The position numbers and the translations under genes are program-made. A stretch of DNA of 64,000 nucleotides, from positions 32,001 to 96,000 of the IMG/VR virus record IMGVR_UViG_3300050821_006280; one strand, written 5' to 3'. The DNA is from a virus. Each line of letters opens with the position of its first letter. Positions within the stretch are counted from its first letter, which is position 1. Below the pieces are notes generated by a model. It was not told the DNA's origin. It made no database searches and worked only from the letters and a program-made list of their open reading frames with translations. Positions 37,354 to 46,800 of the stretch are shown here, one piece after another.

Positions 37354-37697
37354 GAGAGGATGACGTACCAGGTCTGTGAATTACAAGTTGCACAGGAGAT
37401 GACATAGTACGGCGGCGCTGGAGGCGTCGGCGGCAATGCGTCAGACAGGTCAGATGTAGTGGCTGAAATATCTGACTCGACGACCATGATCTTGTCAGCT
37501 GGCGCAGTGCAGGTCGGACAGGAAATAGCAAGCTCTGGATCTAGGCTGACGATATCTTCCTGGATAAGCTGTACGCGTTTTACTGGAGAAAATATATCCA
37601 GAACACGCAGTCTCTTCTTTGAGAAGGGATGCTTCGTATACTCAGTACGCTTTACTTGCTTAGTCGCCAATTCTATCAATTCCAATTTCGGCATCAT
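37350..37697 (-). CDS. Zn-ribbon hypothetical protein
   Basis: CPTC...CATC. Confidence 0.55.
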   Translation of the reverse strand: MMPKLELIELATKQVKRTEYTKHPFSKKRLRVLDIFSPVKRVQLIQEDIVSLDPELAISCPTCTAPADKIMVVESDISATTSDLSDALPPTPPAPPYYVISCATCNSQTWYVILS

Positions 37698-38071
37698 CCT
37701 TTCCGTATCGCCTTCTTGACTTTGTCGGAGACTGCTTCCTCTCCAATCTGGAGGGCCAGCGTCTCGATCTCCGAGCAGAAGACATCGACGTAAAGTTTGA
37801 TCCGATTGTCAATACCTAGCTTACTCAGAACCCTTTCAGCAAGCAATTGCGATTCCTTATCGGAGAGGATCTCTCCGGGATCTCCATCATTAACCTTTCC
37901 TGCTGCGTACTTGGTGAGAGCCGTGGTGATGATGGTTGTAACATTATCCCGGATCGGGCTCTTGTCCACTAATGCTCCGTCCATCGATCGAAAGGATTTA
38001 CGGGTTCTGGGGCTTGCATGGCCAGCGGGTGGTTCGACTCCCATTGATGATGGCAGAGCCTGCATTTGCAC
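37694..38071 (-). CDS. Hypothetical protein
   Basis: Coupled ORF. Confidence 0.55.
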   Translation of the reverse strand: MQMQALPSSMGVEPPAGHASPRTRKSFRSMDGALVDKSPIRDNVTTIITTALTKYAAGKVNDGDPGEILSDKESQLLAERVLSKLGIDNRIKLYVDVFCSEIETLALQIGEEAVSDKVKKAIRKG

Positions 38072-38190
38072 TCACGTCGCTCGCGTGCAACAGCGCCGCG
38101 GAGATGCTCAGGAAGAAACGTGCTGAAGTTGTACATCGTCCCGACGCGGATGTTGCGAGACTTGCACTTCGGGCAAACGAATGCCTTCAT
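37969..38190 (-). CDS. Zn-ribbon hypothetical protein
   Basis: AGGAGG RBS; CPKC...CRLC. Confidence 0.5.
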   Translation of the reverse strand: MKAFVCPKCKSRNIRVGTMYNFSTFLPEHLRGAVARERRECKCRLCHHQWESNHPLAMQAPEPVNPFDRWTEH

Positions 38191-38200
38191 CGCGTGCCTC

Positions 38201-38560
38201 CTACGGCATGAGATTGGCCAAGGTCTCCAGCGCTCGAATAGCAGCTTCGACCCAGGCTCGGTCGGACATCCCGTCCACCGCGGCGCCTGTCCTTACTTGC
38301 TGGGCAACTTTACGAAGTCCATCAGCTGTCGGTCGTCGAGCGCCAATTAAACAAGCTTTCACTGCCAGAATGCGGTCTGCGACCACTTCCCAAACCGTCG
38401 AGCCCTGCTTGGCTTCGTTGATCATTTGGAGCAGAATTGCCTGGTGCTGTTCAGGCGCTAATCCGCCGACGGCGAAGATTGCCTTGATTCGTTCGTCGTT
38501 GATTTCCCATTGACCGGAGTAACTGTTGAGCATTCGCGCGAGGACTTCAGATGGGGTCAT
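38201..38560 (-). CDS. Hypothetical protein
   Basis: Coupled ORF. Confidence 0.6.
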   Translation of the reverse strand: MTPSEVLARMLNSYSGQWEINDERIKAIFAVGGLAPEQHQAILLQMINEAKQGSTVWEVVADRILAVKACLIGARRPTADGLRKVAQQVRTGAAVDGMSDRAWVEAAIRALETLANLMP

Positions 38561-38790
38561 GGCTCTTCATCGTATCCCTGGTTGTGCCGCATGACGCGCT
38601 TCACCAGCTCGCAGAAATCAAACACCTCGCAGTCCGAGCAAACTGGATGACCCCGCATCTCGCGGCATTTGATGACTTTCAGCTGGTCGAGACGATGTTG
38701 GAACTGCGGAGATGAAGGATCATGGCCTTCTTGAGTGACCGAGGCTTCTAACTGACTAAGCAGGGAGGCTGGTTCTTCTTCGTCGGCCAT
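38557..38790 (-). CDS. Hypothetical Cys-cluster protein
   Basis: CSDCEVFDFC. Confidence 0.55.
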   Translation of the reverse strand: MADEEEPASLLSQLEASVTQEGHDPSSPQFQHRLDQLKVIKCREMRGHPVCSDCEVFDFCELVKRVMRHNQGYDEEP

Positions 38791-39056
38791 CAGGATTCCA
38801 AGATAGATTCTAGATCTTCGAGTAGATCAATACCACCAATAGCTCGACGAAAACACGAGAGATGCATCCTACCCCAAACACGGCGCTTGTGGAATGGAGC
38901 CTTCTCTTTGCCTTCATCGGGCATGAGCAAACCTATTTGGATCTCGACGACTTCATCTCCAGGCTTCCTACGAGATGACGATCGGATAATCGGCTTCGGA
39001 CAGCCGAGGCATTGCGTCGGATCATTTTTCTTTTGATTGGCCATATCTTGATCCAC
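38790..39056 (-). CDS. Hypothetical protein
   Basis: CLGC...HLSC. Confidence 0.55.
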   Translation of the reverse strand: MDQDMANQKKNDPTQCLGCPKPIIRSSSRRKPGDEVVEIQIGLLMPDEGKEKAPFHKRRVWGRMHLSCFRRAIGGIDLLEDLESILES

Positions 39057-39079
39057 GCAAGCGTCTGCGCGGTAAAATC

Positions 39080-39108
39080 AGACTATCGGCCGATCACTTG
39101 ATTGTCAA
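39080..39108 (-). promoter_or_regulatory. Promoter TTGACA(ATC)-N17-TAGTCT
   Basis: Near-consensus hexamers with a 17-nt spacer. Confidence 0.65.
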
Positions 39109-39175
39109 ACGATGGCGCAATAACATGCCAAATCCCATAGAGAATGGGACAGAGACGAAAGCTGGCGGCTAAGAC

Positions 39176-39418
39176 CTAAGAGACGGCGAGCCGTTTCGCG
39201 GTGGCTACTACGTGAGCAGCCTCCAGGGCGCGACGTGCAGCGTCCCGAAACTTATTCTTCATCTCCTCTGGAATGGCTTCCCACGGGCTCTCCCTCTTTG
39301 GGAATTGCCACTCGACGATAGCCCGTGCTGCGGCTTCGATTTCATCGTCGCATGGCTCATGGCGATGCGTTGCCATTTGGGCCTTCCTTTCACGTCTCAT
39401 GAATCTCGGCAGTACCAT
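39176..39418 (-). CDS. Hypothetical protein
   Basis: EAAARAI...WEAIPEEMKNKFRDAARRALEAA. Confidence 0.55.
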   Translation of the reverse strand: MVLPRFMRRERKAQMATHRHEPCDDEIEAAARAIVEWQFPKRESPWEAIPEEMKNKFRDAARRALEAAHVVATAKRLAVS

Positions 39419-39423
39419 CGTTG

Positions 39424-39843
39424 CTAGTCGTCTCCCATCGTCGGATCGTGTTCAACTTCGTGATCTTCGGCCTCAGCCAGAATTCTGGTGATTAAGGCTT
39501 CCCGCTCCTCAACAGTCTGATTCTTGGCAAAGAGCAAGAAGTCCTCGGTCCGACGAGAACCAGTAACGGTCCGGCTGCCAAGCTGGATCGTGTAGTGCTG
39601 CTCGAATACGTAGGACACCTTCTCAAGCGGACCGTGGTTCTGGCAGACGAACACATCGAAATCGTCCACTGCTCTCAAGGTCTGATCTTTCGGCTGCGAT
39701 GACTCCACGCATTGTACGCAGCCAGCAGGCATCCATATCCATAGCCGGCCGTTGTGCATGAGGTGCGCGTTGCGGTCGAGACCCTCCCACTGACTGGGAT
39801 CTTCGGCCAGCTCAATGATTCTCTTCGGTCCACCCATTGCCAT
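39424..39843 (-). CDS. Hypothetical protein
   Basis: 139-aa ORF with AGGA RBS. Confidence 0.6.
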   Translation of the reverse strand: MAMGGPKRIIELAEDPSQWEGLDRNAHLMHNGRLWIWMPAGCVQCVESSQPKDQTLRAVDDFDVFVCQNHGPLEKVSYVFEQHYTIQLGSRTVTGSRRTEDFLLFAKNQTVEEREALITRILAEAEDHEVEHDPTMGDD

Positions 39844-40011
39844 GTCCTGTTGTACGAAGCATTAAGCAGGCGATTACCGCTGCCATAGCTACTGGACTAA
39901 CAGTTAGCTACCAGATTGTAAACACGTTGAATGTACGATTTTTCTTACATGAAAACCATGGCCATGGCATGACTTAGCCCACATTCGACTGACTGTACGG
40001 AAAGCTTAGGA

Positions 40012-40182
40012 CTATTCAGGACGTGGAGCGGTGAGATCTTCGGCACGAACGCAATCGATACGAGCTTTGATGACAGCCATGGCTGTTTCCACGCCAGCGA
40101 TTCCATGCTCTGCCTCCAGGATCTCCAGGAAGCGCAGAGTCATCTTCTCCGCGGGCAGCTCCTTTTGCTCAGATGGAGTCAT
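40012..40182 (-). CDS. 56-aa hypothetical protein (MTPSEQKELPAEK...), not in the ORF track
   Basis: Open frame overlapping the ihfA end and filling the gap. Confidence 0.45.
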   Translation of the reverse strand: MTPSEQKELPAEKMTLRFLEILEAEHGIAGVETAMAVIKARIDCVRAEDLTAPRPE

Positions 40183-40486
40183 TCAGGATGCTCTTGAGTA
40201 CGTCCGATGGTTTGAACTTCAGAACTCGTCGAGCCGAGATATGGACGGGTTCGCCAGTCTGTGGGTTACGCCCGACACGCGCGTTCTTGGCTTTCACGAC
40301 GAACTTCCCGAAGCCTGAGATCTTGACCTCCTCGCCCTTGGCCAAGGTATCTCGCATGGTGTCGATGATGCTGTCGACCACAGCATTGGCATCCTTCTGT
40401 GTCAGTCCCGGAAGCTGATCTAGAAGACGCTTGGTGATGTCCTGTCTCGTGATGTTCTGGTCGTCGGTGGTTGCTTCCGTCGTCAT
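40169..40486 (-). CDS. ihfA: Integration host factor alpha-like subunit
   Basis: EEVKISGFGKF...RVGRNPQTGE..ISARRVLKFKPS. Confidence 0.85.
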   Translation of the reverse strand: MTTEATTDDQNITRQDITKRLLDQLPGLTQKDANAVVDSIIDTMRDTLAKGEEVKISGFGKFVVKAKNARVGRNPQTGEPVHISARRVLKFKPSDVLKSILNDSI

Positions 40487-40770
40487 GGAGTTACTCCGTC
40501 GTTGAGAGCTTTCTTGGCTTCCTTGCCTGGCTTGAAGAACGGAAGACGCTTGGGCGCGATAGGCACGTTCTCGCCAGTGCGCGGATTCCGTCCCATGTAT
40601 CCATCGTAGTCCCGAATCTGAAAGCTTCCGAACCCGCGCAGCTCGACGCGGCGACCAGATTTCAGACCAAGCGACAAGGTCTCGAAGAAGCCGTTTACCG
40701 CGGCCTCCGCCTTGTCGATCGCCAACCCATTCTTCACCGAAATGACGCGAATCAAATCCGACTTCGTCAT
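40483..40770 (-). CDS. ihfB: Integration host factor beta-like subunit
   Basis: MTKSDLI...RVELRGFGSF...GRNPRTGE...PKRLPFFKPGKE. Confidence 0.85.
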   Translation of the reverse strand: MTKSDLIRVISVKNGLAIDKAEAAVNGFFETLSLGLKSGRRVELRGFGSFQIRDYDGYMGRNPRTGENVPIAPKRLPFFKPGKEAKKALNDGVTP

Positions 40771-40783
40771 GCTGTCCCCTTTC

Positions 40784-41410
40784 TTATATGAGTATCGACA
40801 CTTGTCCGTTTTCAATGAAATCAAGAACCGGCTTTGGGATTTGATGAACAGCGCGCTTCGCGCTCGCCACTAGCTTGTCCAAAGCCACGCGATCCTTGAT
40901 CTTTAGCTTCGTGATGTCAGTCTGCGCGTCATCTGTTGCAACCAGTTTCCCATCAGCGAAGATCAGTCTGGATGGTGATATTGACTCACCGGATAGGTAC
41001 TTCAGTGCCTTGCCGGTGAGATGGAACGCTCTATGGCGACCATCTTGTACAACCTGTAGCAGCCCAGCATTCACAGCGTAGTCGATGGAGAGCGGATCTA
41101 ACTCAACACATCGGGGATGCTCGTGCTCGATGATCGATGAGAGAGGCGTCTTCGAGTTGTAGAGGAGGACCGAACGGGTGATTTTCATCGTCTCGGCAAT
41201 AGCCACGAGCTTCTCGACTAGCTTCCCCGAGATCGGTAATGCCTTCTCTTCGGAGAATGGTTTCAAGCAAGCTGGACATTTACCCAGACGCTGCCGTTCC
41301 TCGCGGTCTAGATTCACTACCTGGAGATAGCTCCGCTTCCCGAGCGCGGAGATCAGCTCGTCTGCCCGGTTCTCCTCGACATTAATGACAATGAATCGGC
41401 GACCAGACAT
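40784..41410 (-). CDS. Hypothetical protein (CxxC plus possible winged helix)
   Basis: 208-aa ORF with GAGG RBS. Confidence 0.6.
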   Translation of the reverse strand: MSGRRFIVINVEENRADELISALGKRSYLQVVNLDREERQRLGKCPACLKPFSEEKALPISGKLVEKLVAIAETMKITRSVLLYNSKTPLSSIIEHEHPRCVELDPLSIDYAVNAGLLQVVQDGRHRAFHLTGKALKYLSGESISPSRLIFADGKLVATDDAQTDITKLKIKDRVALDKLVASAKRAVHQIPKPVLDFIENGQVSILI

Positions 41411-41440
41411 AAGACCAGCTGTTTCCTCGTGTTATGAGGA

Positions 41441-41469
41441 ACCGTACGCGTGTTGATCCTGATTGTCTA
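41441..41469 (-). promoter_or_regulatory. Promoter TAGACA(ATC)-N17-TACGGT
   Basis: Recurrent motif. Confidence 0.5.
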
Positions 41470-41520
41470 GGGACGCTTGAAGTTTTTGAGAAAGCGAAGA
41501 TCTGATCGTATGTTAGACGA

Positions 41521-41835
41521 TCAGGATAGCGAGATCAAACCGTTGTCTTCTGTAGAGGGAAGATGGAAGATGGTGAATCCGATTTCAGAGCAGCGCCGAC
41601 ATGAACGTAGGTGCTCATCTTCTTCGTCGGACACGACGGGAGCCTCGGCGGATCGGAGAAGATCTTCCTTCGACATGCAGAATGGACCGGCGACGGCGGT
41701 AGCGGCCTCGGTCAATTTCTGGATCTTCTCCCGACAGCCCACGCACGTCAGAGCGTGAGCACGCACCCTGGACACTTCGTCCTGGGAGGCGATACCGAGA
41801 GCCACACGGGCTGTAATGATCTTACTGAAGCACAT
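41521..41835 (-). CDS. Protein with two HxxxCxxC (ZAS/zf-HC2 anti-sigma-like) motifs
   Basis: RAHALTCVGC and DEHLRSCRRC. Confidence 0.6.
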   Translation of the reverse strand: MCFSKIITARVALGIASQDEVSRVRAHALTCVGCREKIQKLTEAATAVAGPFCMSKEDLLRSAEAPVVSDEEDEHLRSCRRCSEIGFTIFHLPSTEDNGLISLS

Positions 41836-41850
41836 AGATGATGTGCTCTG

Positions 41851-41879
41851 ATCCTAAGGGCGACGACCACGCTTGTCAA
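41851..41879 (-). promoter_or_regulatory. Leftward promoter TTGACA-N17-TAGGAT
   Basis: Divergent control region. Confidence 0.65.
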
Positions 41880-41972
41880 GCATGACTATCGCAAGAGATC
41901 GAATGAGTACGCCGATCTACGATCTTTATCACCTGGTGACATTGTCGTAACCAGTGCGTGTCTCTCCCGTCT

Positions 41973-42001
41973 TTGACACCATAAACTTTGATCGGTAAAC
42001 T
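41973..42001 (+). promoter_or_regulatory. Rightward promoter TTGACA-N17-TAAACT
   Basis: Divergent control region upstream of the structural operon. Confidence 0.7.
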
Positions 42002-42037
42002 CAAATATCGAAATAAGTATATGCGGTCAAAGACGAA

Positions 42038-42559
42038 ATGGCATGCATAATCACTGACTTGGTATTCAACTTCAATTCGTTGAATGCCCCGATCCCGGTC
42101 CCTCTGGTAACGGTATTTGCCGAACCAGCGACGACTCCTTTGTTTTTGTCTTCGTCTAGCTTGTTTCACGAGCAAAGCTTTACGAAGCGGGCCACGTCCA
42201 CTGATCAGACGGGTCAGTGGTCTTTCACTTTGCCGTGGCCAAGCGAGCAAGATCCGGCGTTGACTCAGTGGATCATCACTCTGCCCGACAACTCAAGATG
42301 GATGGGGCTGATTCCACAGGGGGTAAATGGACCGCTGTCACTTCATACGCTGAAGAATACATATGGCTGGGGCCTGATCTCGGCGACTAACCTCAACTTG
42401 CTCCCCGTCGCAGTCCAAGGGCCTCCTGGTCCACTCGGCCCTTATACGCCATCGGCTCCTTTGCAATGGCAGTCGCCTGTGCCGTCGACACCACAAGAAG
42501 CACTTGATCGGCTTGCTGCTGCTGTTTATGCGCTCCGCGGCAATACTCCGATTCCGTAA
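42038..42559 (+). CDS. Putative tail/fibre-associated protein; shares its N-terminal domain with the next gene
   Basis: WPSEQDPAL.WIITLPD.SRWMGL domain; short collagen-like GPPGPLGP. Confidence 0.7.
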   Translation: MACIITDLVFNFNSLNAPIPVPLVTVFAEPATTPLFLSSSSLFHEQSFTKRATSTDQTGQWSFTLPWPSEQDPALTQWIITLPDNSRWMGLIPQGVNGPLSLHTLKNTYGWGLISATNLNLLPVAVQGPPGPLGPYTPSAPLQWQSPVPSTPQEALDRLAAAVYALRGNTPIP

Positions 42560-42587
42560 CTGATCTTCGATTCCCTAGAGGGCAGCG

Positions 42588-43895
42588 ATGGCATGTCAAA
42601 TTGTGGATCTGGTTGCGAAGTTTGATCCTGGCAATATTCCGCAGCCAATTCCTTATGTTTCGGTCTTTGCCGAGCCATCGGTAATTCCTGTCTTCATCCT
42701 AAGCAGCAGCATTTTTCGCGAACCCTTCATGGGTCGACGTGTTGCTTCGACGGACGTGAATGGACAATTCACATTCCTTCTTCCATGGCCAAGCGAGCAG
42801 GACCCTGCGCTAGCTAATTGGATCATCACTCTTCCAGATGGTTCTCGGTGGATGGGTCTTGTTCCTCAGGGAGTCAGCGGCCCTCTAACGATCCACGATC
42901 TAAAAATTCATTATGGCTGGGGGCTGATCGACAACAACGGTGTAATTCCCGTTGCCATTGAAGGAGATCCAGGCCTCAACTGGGTTGGAACTTGGTCGTC
43001 CAGTGTCCCATACGAGGCAAACGATGCAGTCTCATTCCTAGATCCGACCGGCGGCGGCATTCCGCTTATATCGAGCTTCCGTTGCCTTATTGCCAATCTG
43101 AATGTTCCTCCCATTACAGGAGGCGTCCTTTCTCCAGATTGGGCTTATATCGCACAGCATGGCGGATCGCCTGTTCCTGATTTTAGTTCTAGTCCCGATC
43201 AGTTTCTGAGAGTAAATGACGCAGCAACCGCTCTGAACTGGGTCACTCTCACAGCGGATATGATCGCAGCGGCGTTCATCCCAACTCTGAGCGGGCCGGC
43301 TTCTCCTGTCGAAGTCGGATCGACGGTCGTCAATCCAGCGTTCACAGCCTCATACAATCGTCCGGCAGCGGCAGCAACGTTAAACGATGGGACTGGAGCT
43401 ATTGGCCTTACGTCGCCATTCACGGCATTTGCGTATGGATCTGGAACGCTACCGCCGCGGAGTTACACCAGAACAGGGATCAATGCCGTTGTTACTTGGA
43501 CGCTAACCGCAAACGAGACGGGTGGTCCCAGCAAAACCTCGTCAGCTAGTGTCCAATGGGAAGCCCGAGCATATTGGGATACCGCAGTTGATCCAGGCAT
43601 TGGAGGATATACAGCAGCCTTCATTACCTCGCTGACAGGAAACGCATTAGAGCCTGGCTTCGCCCGAACGATTGCTTTTGGAGCTGGCGGTGGCACCAAG
43701 AAGATGTACTACGCGTTTCCTACGTCCTTTGGAACACCTGCACGCTTTTTGAACATCGATACGGGCTTCGCGATCCCGTTCTCCAAAGTGGGGTCAGCTG
43801 TTTCTGTCACTAGTACCTTTGGCGTCACGATCAATTACGATTTGTGGGGCAGTGACTTTGCCGTTGTCGGCGCAGTCAACGCGGGAGTTTCATAA
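42588..43895 (+). CDS. Putative tail/fibre protein (shared N-domain, carbohydrate-binding-like W...Y...D motif, Ig-like C-terminus)
   Basis: Paralogous N-terminus; GTWSSSVPYEANDAV. Confidence 0.7.
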   Translation: MACQIVDLVAKFDPGNIPQPIPYVSVFAEPSVIPVFILSSSIFREPFMGRRVASTDVNGQFTFLLPWPSEQDPALANWIITLPDGSRWMGLVPQGVSGPLTIHDLKIHYGWGLIDNNGVIPVAIEGDPGLNWVGTWSSSVPYEANDAVSFLDPTGGGIPLISSFRCLIANLNVPPITGGVLSPDWAYIAQHGGSPVPDFSSSPDQFLRVNDAATALNWVTLTADMIAAAFIPTLSGPASPVEVGSTVVNPAFTASYNRPAAAATLNDGTGAIGLTSPFTAFAYGSGTLPPRSYTRTGINAVVTWTLTANETGGPSKTSSASVQWEARAYWDTAVDPGIGGYTAAFITSLTGNALEPGFARTIAFGAGGGTKKMYYAFPTSFGTPARFLNIDTGFAIPFSKVGSAVSVTSTFGVTINYDLWGSDFAVVGAVNAGVS

Positions 43896-46800
43896 TGAAC
43901 GGCAAGATCCCTATTCAGGGTACGCTCACTGCTGACGGAACCTTTCCGATCGCCAACGGAGCTATTCAGGTTCCTTCTCAGGCTGGATCACGCCAAGTCA
44001 TCTACGTCCGCCCCACTGGAAATGACACCACTGGAGATGGCAAAACACCAGGAACCGCCTTCCGCACTGTACAATTTGCGCTCGACACGATCCCCGTTCT
44101 CCAACGTAGCGTTAGCTACGTCGTTGATATCACCGGAATCAATGACGCGAACCAGGCGATCAAGGTTCCCCCTTATGCATCTGATAAGCAGATCTCCTTC
44201 AATTTCTCGCCTCCGTCACCAATGCAGCTATATGAGGGATACGTCACCCTCTTAGCTCAGCCAACGGTTGCTGCGACGCTTAATACTGGGACAACCACGA
44301 TCTCCAGCGATCCTATTACTGGGATGAGTATCGTCACCGATACATCGCAGTCATGGACTGTAGATCAATGGAAGAATTCGCTCGTTGCTGGAGGTAGCCT
44401 TTTCGAGGGCGGCATCGTTGAGCACAATACGGCTACCCAGCTCTTTATAGCTGGGTCTGTGTTCTCAACTCCGGTACACCTCTTGACTCCAGGAGCGACG
44501 CTTACCGGAGCAAGCAATGTTCCGACGATATCAATCACCAATGTCCATGCACCATTCGTCATTAGCGGCATAAGTGTACAGAACGCAAACGCCAACACTG
44601 GAGCCATTCAAGCAAACAGCTGTGACTTCGTTGTTCTAGACGCATGCATCACCAACGAACTGATCATTGGCTTGAACGGCGCCTGTGACAGTATTCTCAT
44701 ATTTGGATCATTCATTCTTGGGGCAAGCGGCACCAGCCTCACGGATATGATCATTACGTCTGGAACTATCGATATTCAACGGAGCTATATTCGGAACTCG
44801 ACTCCATCGTTTACGTGTCAATCAGTAAATTTCACATTTTGCGGCCTAGAGAATGTCCGGTTCGCTGACGCAACAACAAGCTCGCCGCCATTCGTCGACA
44901 TTTTTGGTCTTCATATGGTCGGACAGGGCCTGTTGGTTATGGGCCAATGTTCGATCGCTGATATCAAAGTCGACAATGCGACTAATGGCGGGTCTCCGCA
45001 CCAAAATCCAAACGGAAGCGGAATCATAGTCTTTGGCGGCGGCGTTCTTGATATTGCAGGCGATGGCGGCAACGTTGGTGGCAGTGGCAATCAGGGTTAT
45101 GGACTCGAAATCCAGGCGGGTGGTTCTGCCTTTTTTCAATCCGGTCATGTTCCAACCACTGGGACCCTGACGATCACTGGAACACTTGGAGATTGGGCTG
45201 TAGGCCGGCGCGCTGGAACCTGGACCACCCTTGCTGCCAATCACCCGGTTTGGACTGTTTTCGATCCATCAACTAGATCATCTATGGCGCCCAATGCTGG
45301 TGCCGAGATTACTCCTCTGTTCGAGTCGTATGCGACTTCTGGCCGACCCGCAGCTACTACAGTTGCAATCGGCGTCGTCATTCGTGATACGACAAAGAAT
45401 ACTTTCAGCTTTTCGGACGGAACCGGCTGGAACGATCTCGCTGTAAGTCCTGCTGGAGGATATTTGCCGCTTGCAGGCGGCACGATGACTGGTGCGATCG
45501 ATTCAGCCTCTAATCTCCAGCTCGGTACCACCACTGCTACAAACATTTCAATCGGTAACTCTTCGTCCTCGACGACGCTCAGTGGAGTGATCGCAAGCGA
45601 CCTCTCTTTCGTCAAGGAGACTGCACGCAATCTCGGAATTGCCACATCAACCACGATCGGCGCCGCCGGCCCGACGCTATCAATCAATGGCGCTACTTCA
45701 GCCGCTGCTAGCGCAGGAGCCGCAGCTGGACAAGCTGGCTTGCTCGCGCTGGTTGGTGGCGTCGGCGGCACTTCAAGTTCAACGCAGGCTGCGGGTTCTG
45801 GTGGTGACATCAGCATTATTGCGGGCGCAGCCGGATTGAACGCGCTCGGAGGTGGTGCTGCGGCCCGAGGCGGAAATCTCGTACTCGACTCGGGTGCTGG
45901 TGGGACTGTCAATGGCAGTATAACGATAGGTGCAACCAACGCCCTCTCTATTGGTGTTGGGCGCAGTGGTAGTACCACGACCTTCTCTGGTGCCATCACT
46001 TTTCCTGCGGGGTCGATTGCGATTGCTGCTCTGACAGCAGATACAATCGTCATTGCAGCTGGAACAGGATTGTCAGGTGGTGGGTCAGGTACTTTGGGCG
46101 GCAGCGCTCCAGCTCTTAGTGTTGTTTACGGCACTGCAACTAATACAGCGACACAAGGTAACGACTCACGTCTCCCACCTGCTCCTTCTCAGCTTGGAAA
46201 TTTGATCTACGATACGGGATCTGCATACGCAACCGTTGCCCGCGGCGCTGCAAACACTGTCCTATTAGGTCAGGGTGCTGCTTCGCCGTCTTTTGGCGCA
46301 GTGCCTAACGCTGCACTTCAAAATAGCTCTATCACCGTTTCTGGTAGCACTGGACTATCTGTAACAGGATCTCCAGTCTCCCTTGGCGGAACGCTCACGC
46401 TCACTAACTCGGGCGTGACGTCCAATGTTGCCGGTGCGGGCATTGCTGTCTCTGGTGCAACAGGTGCAGTGACGATCTCGATTCCGAGCGGCGCTGTCAC
46501 TACAGGGATGCTCGCTAACGGTGCCTACGTCCAGCTCAGTCCAGGATCACAGCAGACCGGCAGTAGCAACATCAGTTCAACGAGCGAGGCCGATGGAGGG
46601 TTCCTCGGGCCATCGCTGACCGCTTTGTCTGGCAGCAACTTGACGATGTCGAGCGCAGGTGCACAGACCACAACAGTACAAGGCGGTGCAGCTGGCGGAA
46701 TATTGGATCTGTTTTCACCGACTGGGACGATCAATATAGGCACTGGAACCGAAGCAACAATTAACGTAGGCAACGCTGCCGCAAAGCTGTCGATACTTGG

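Noticed and set aside
242-41841. Numerous plus-strand and alternate-frame ORFs overlapping the minus-strand genes
   Set aside because: They lack recognisable motifs and are explained by codon bias of the real genes.
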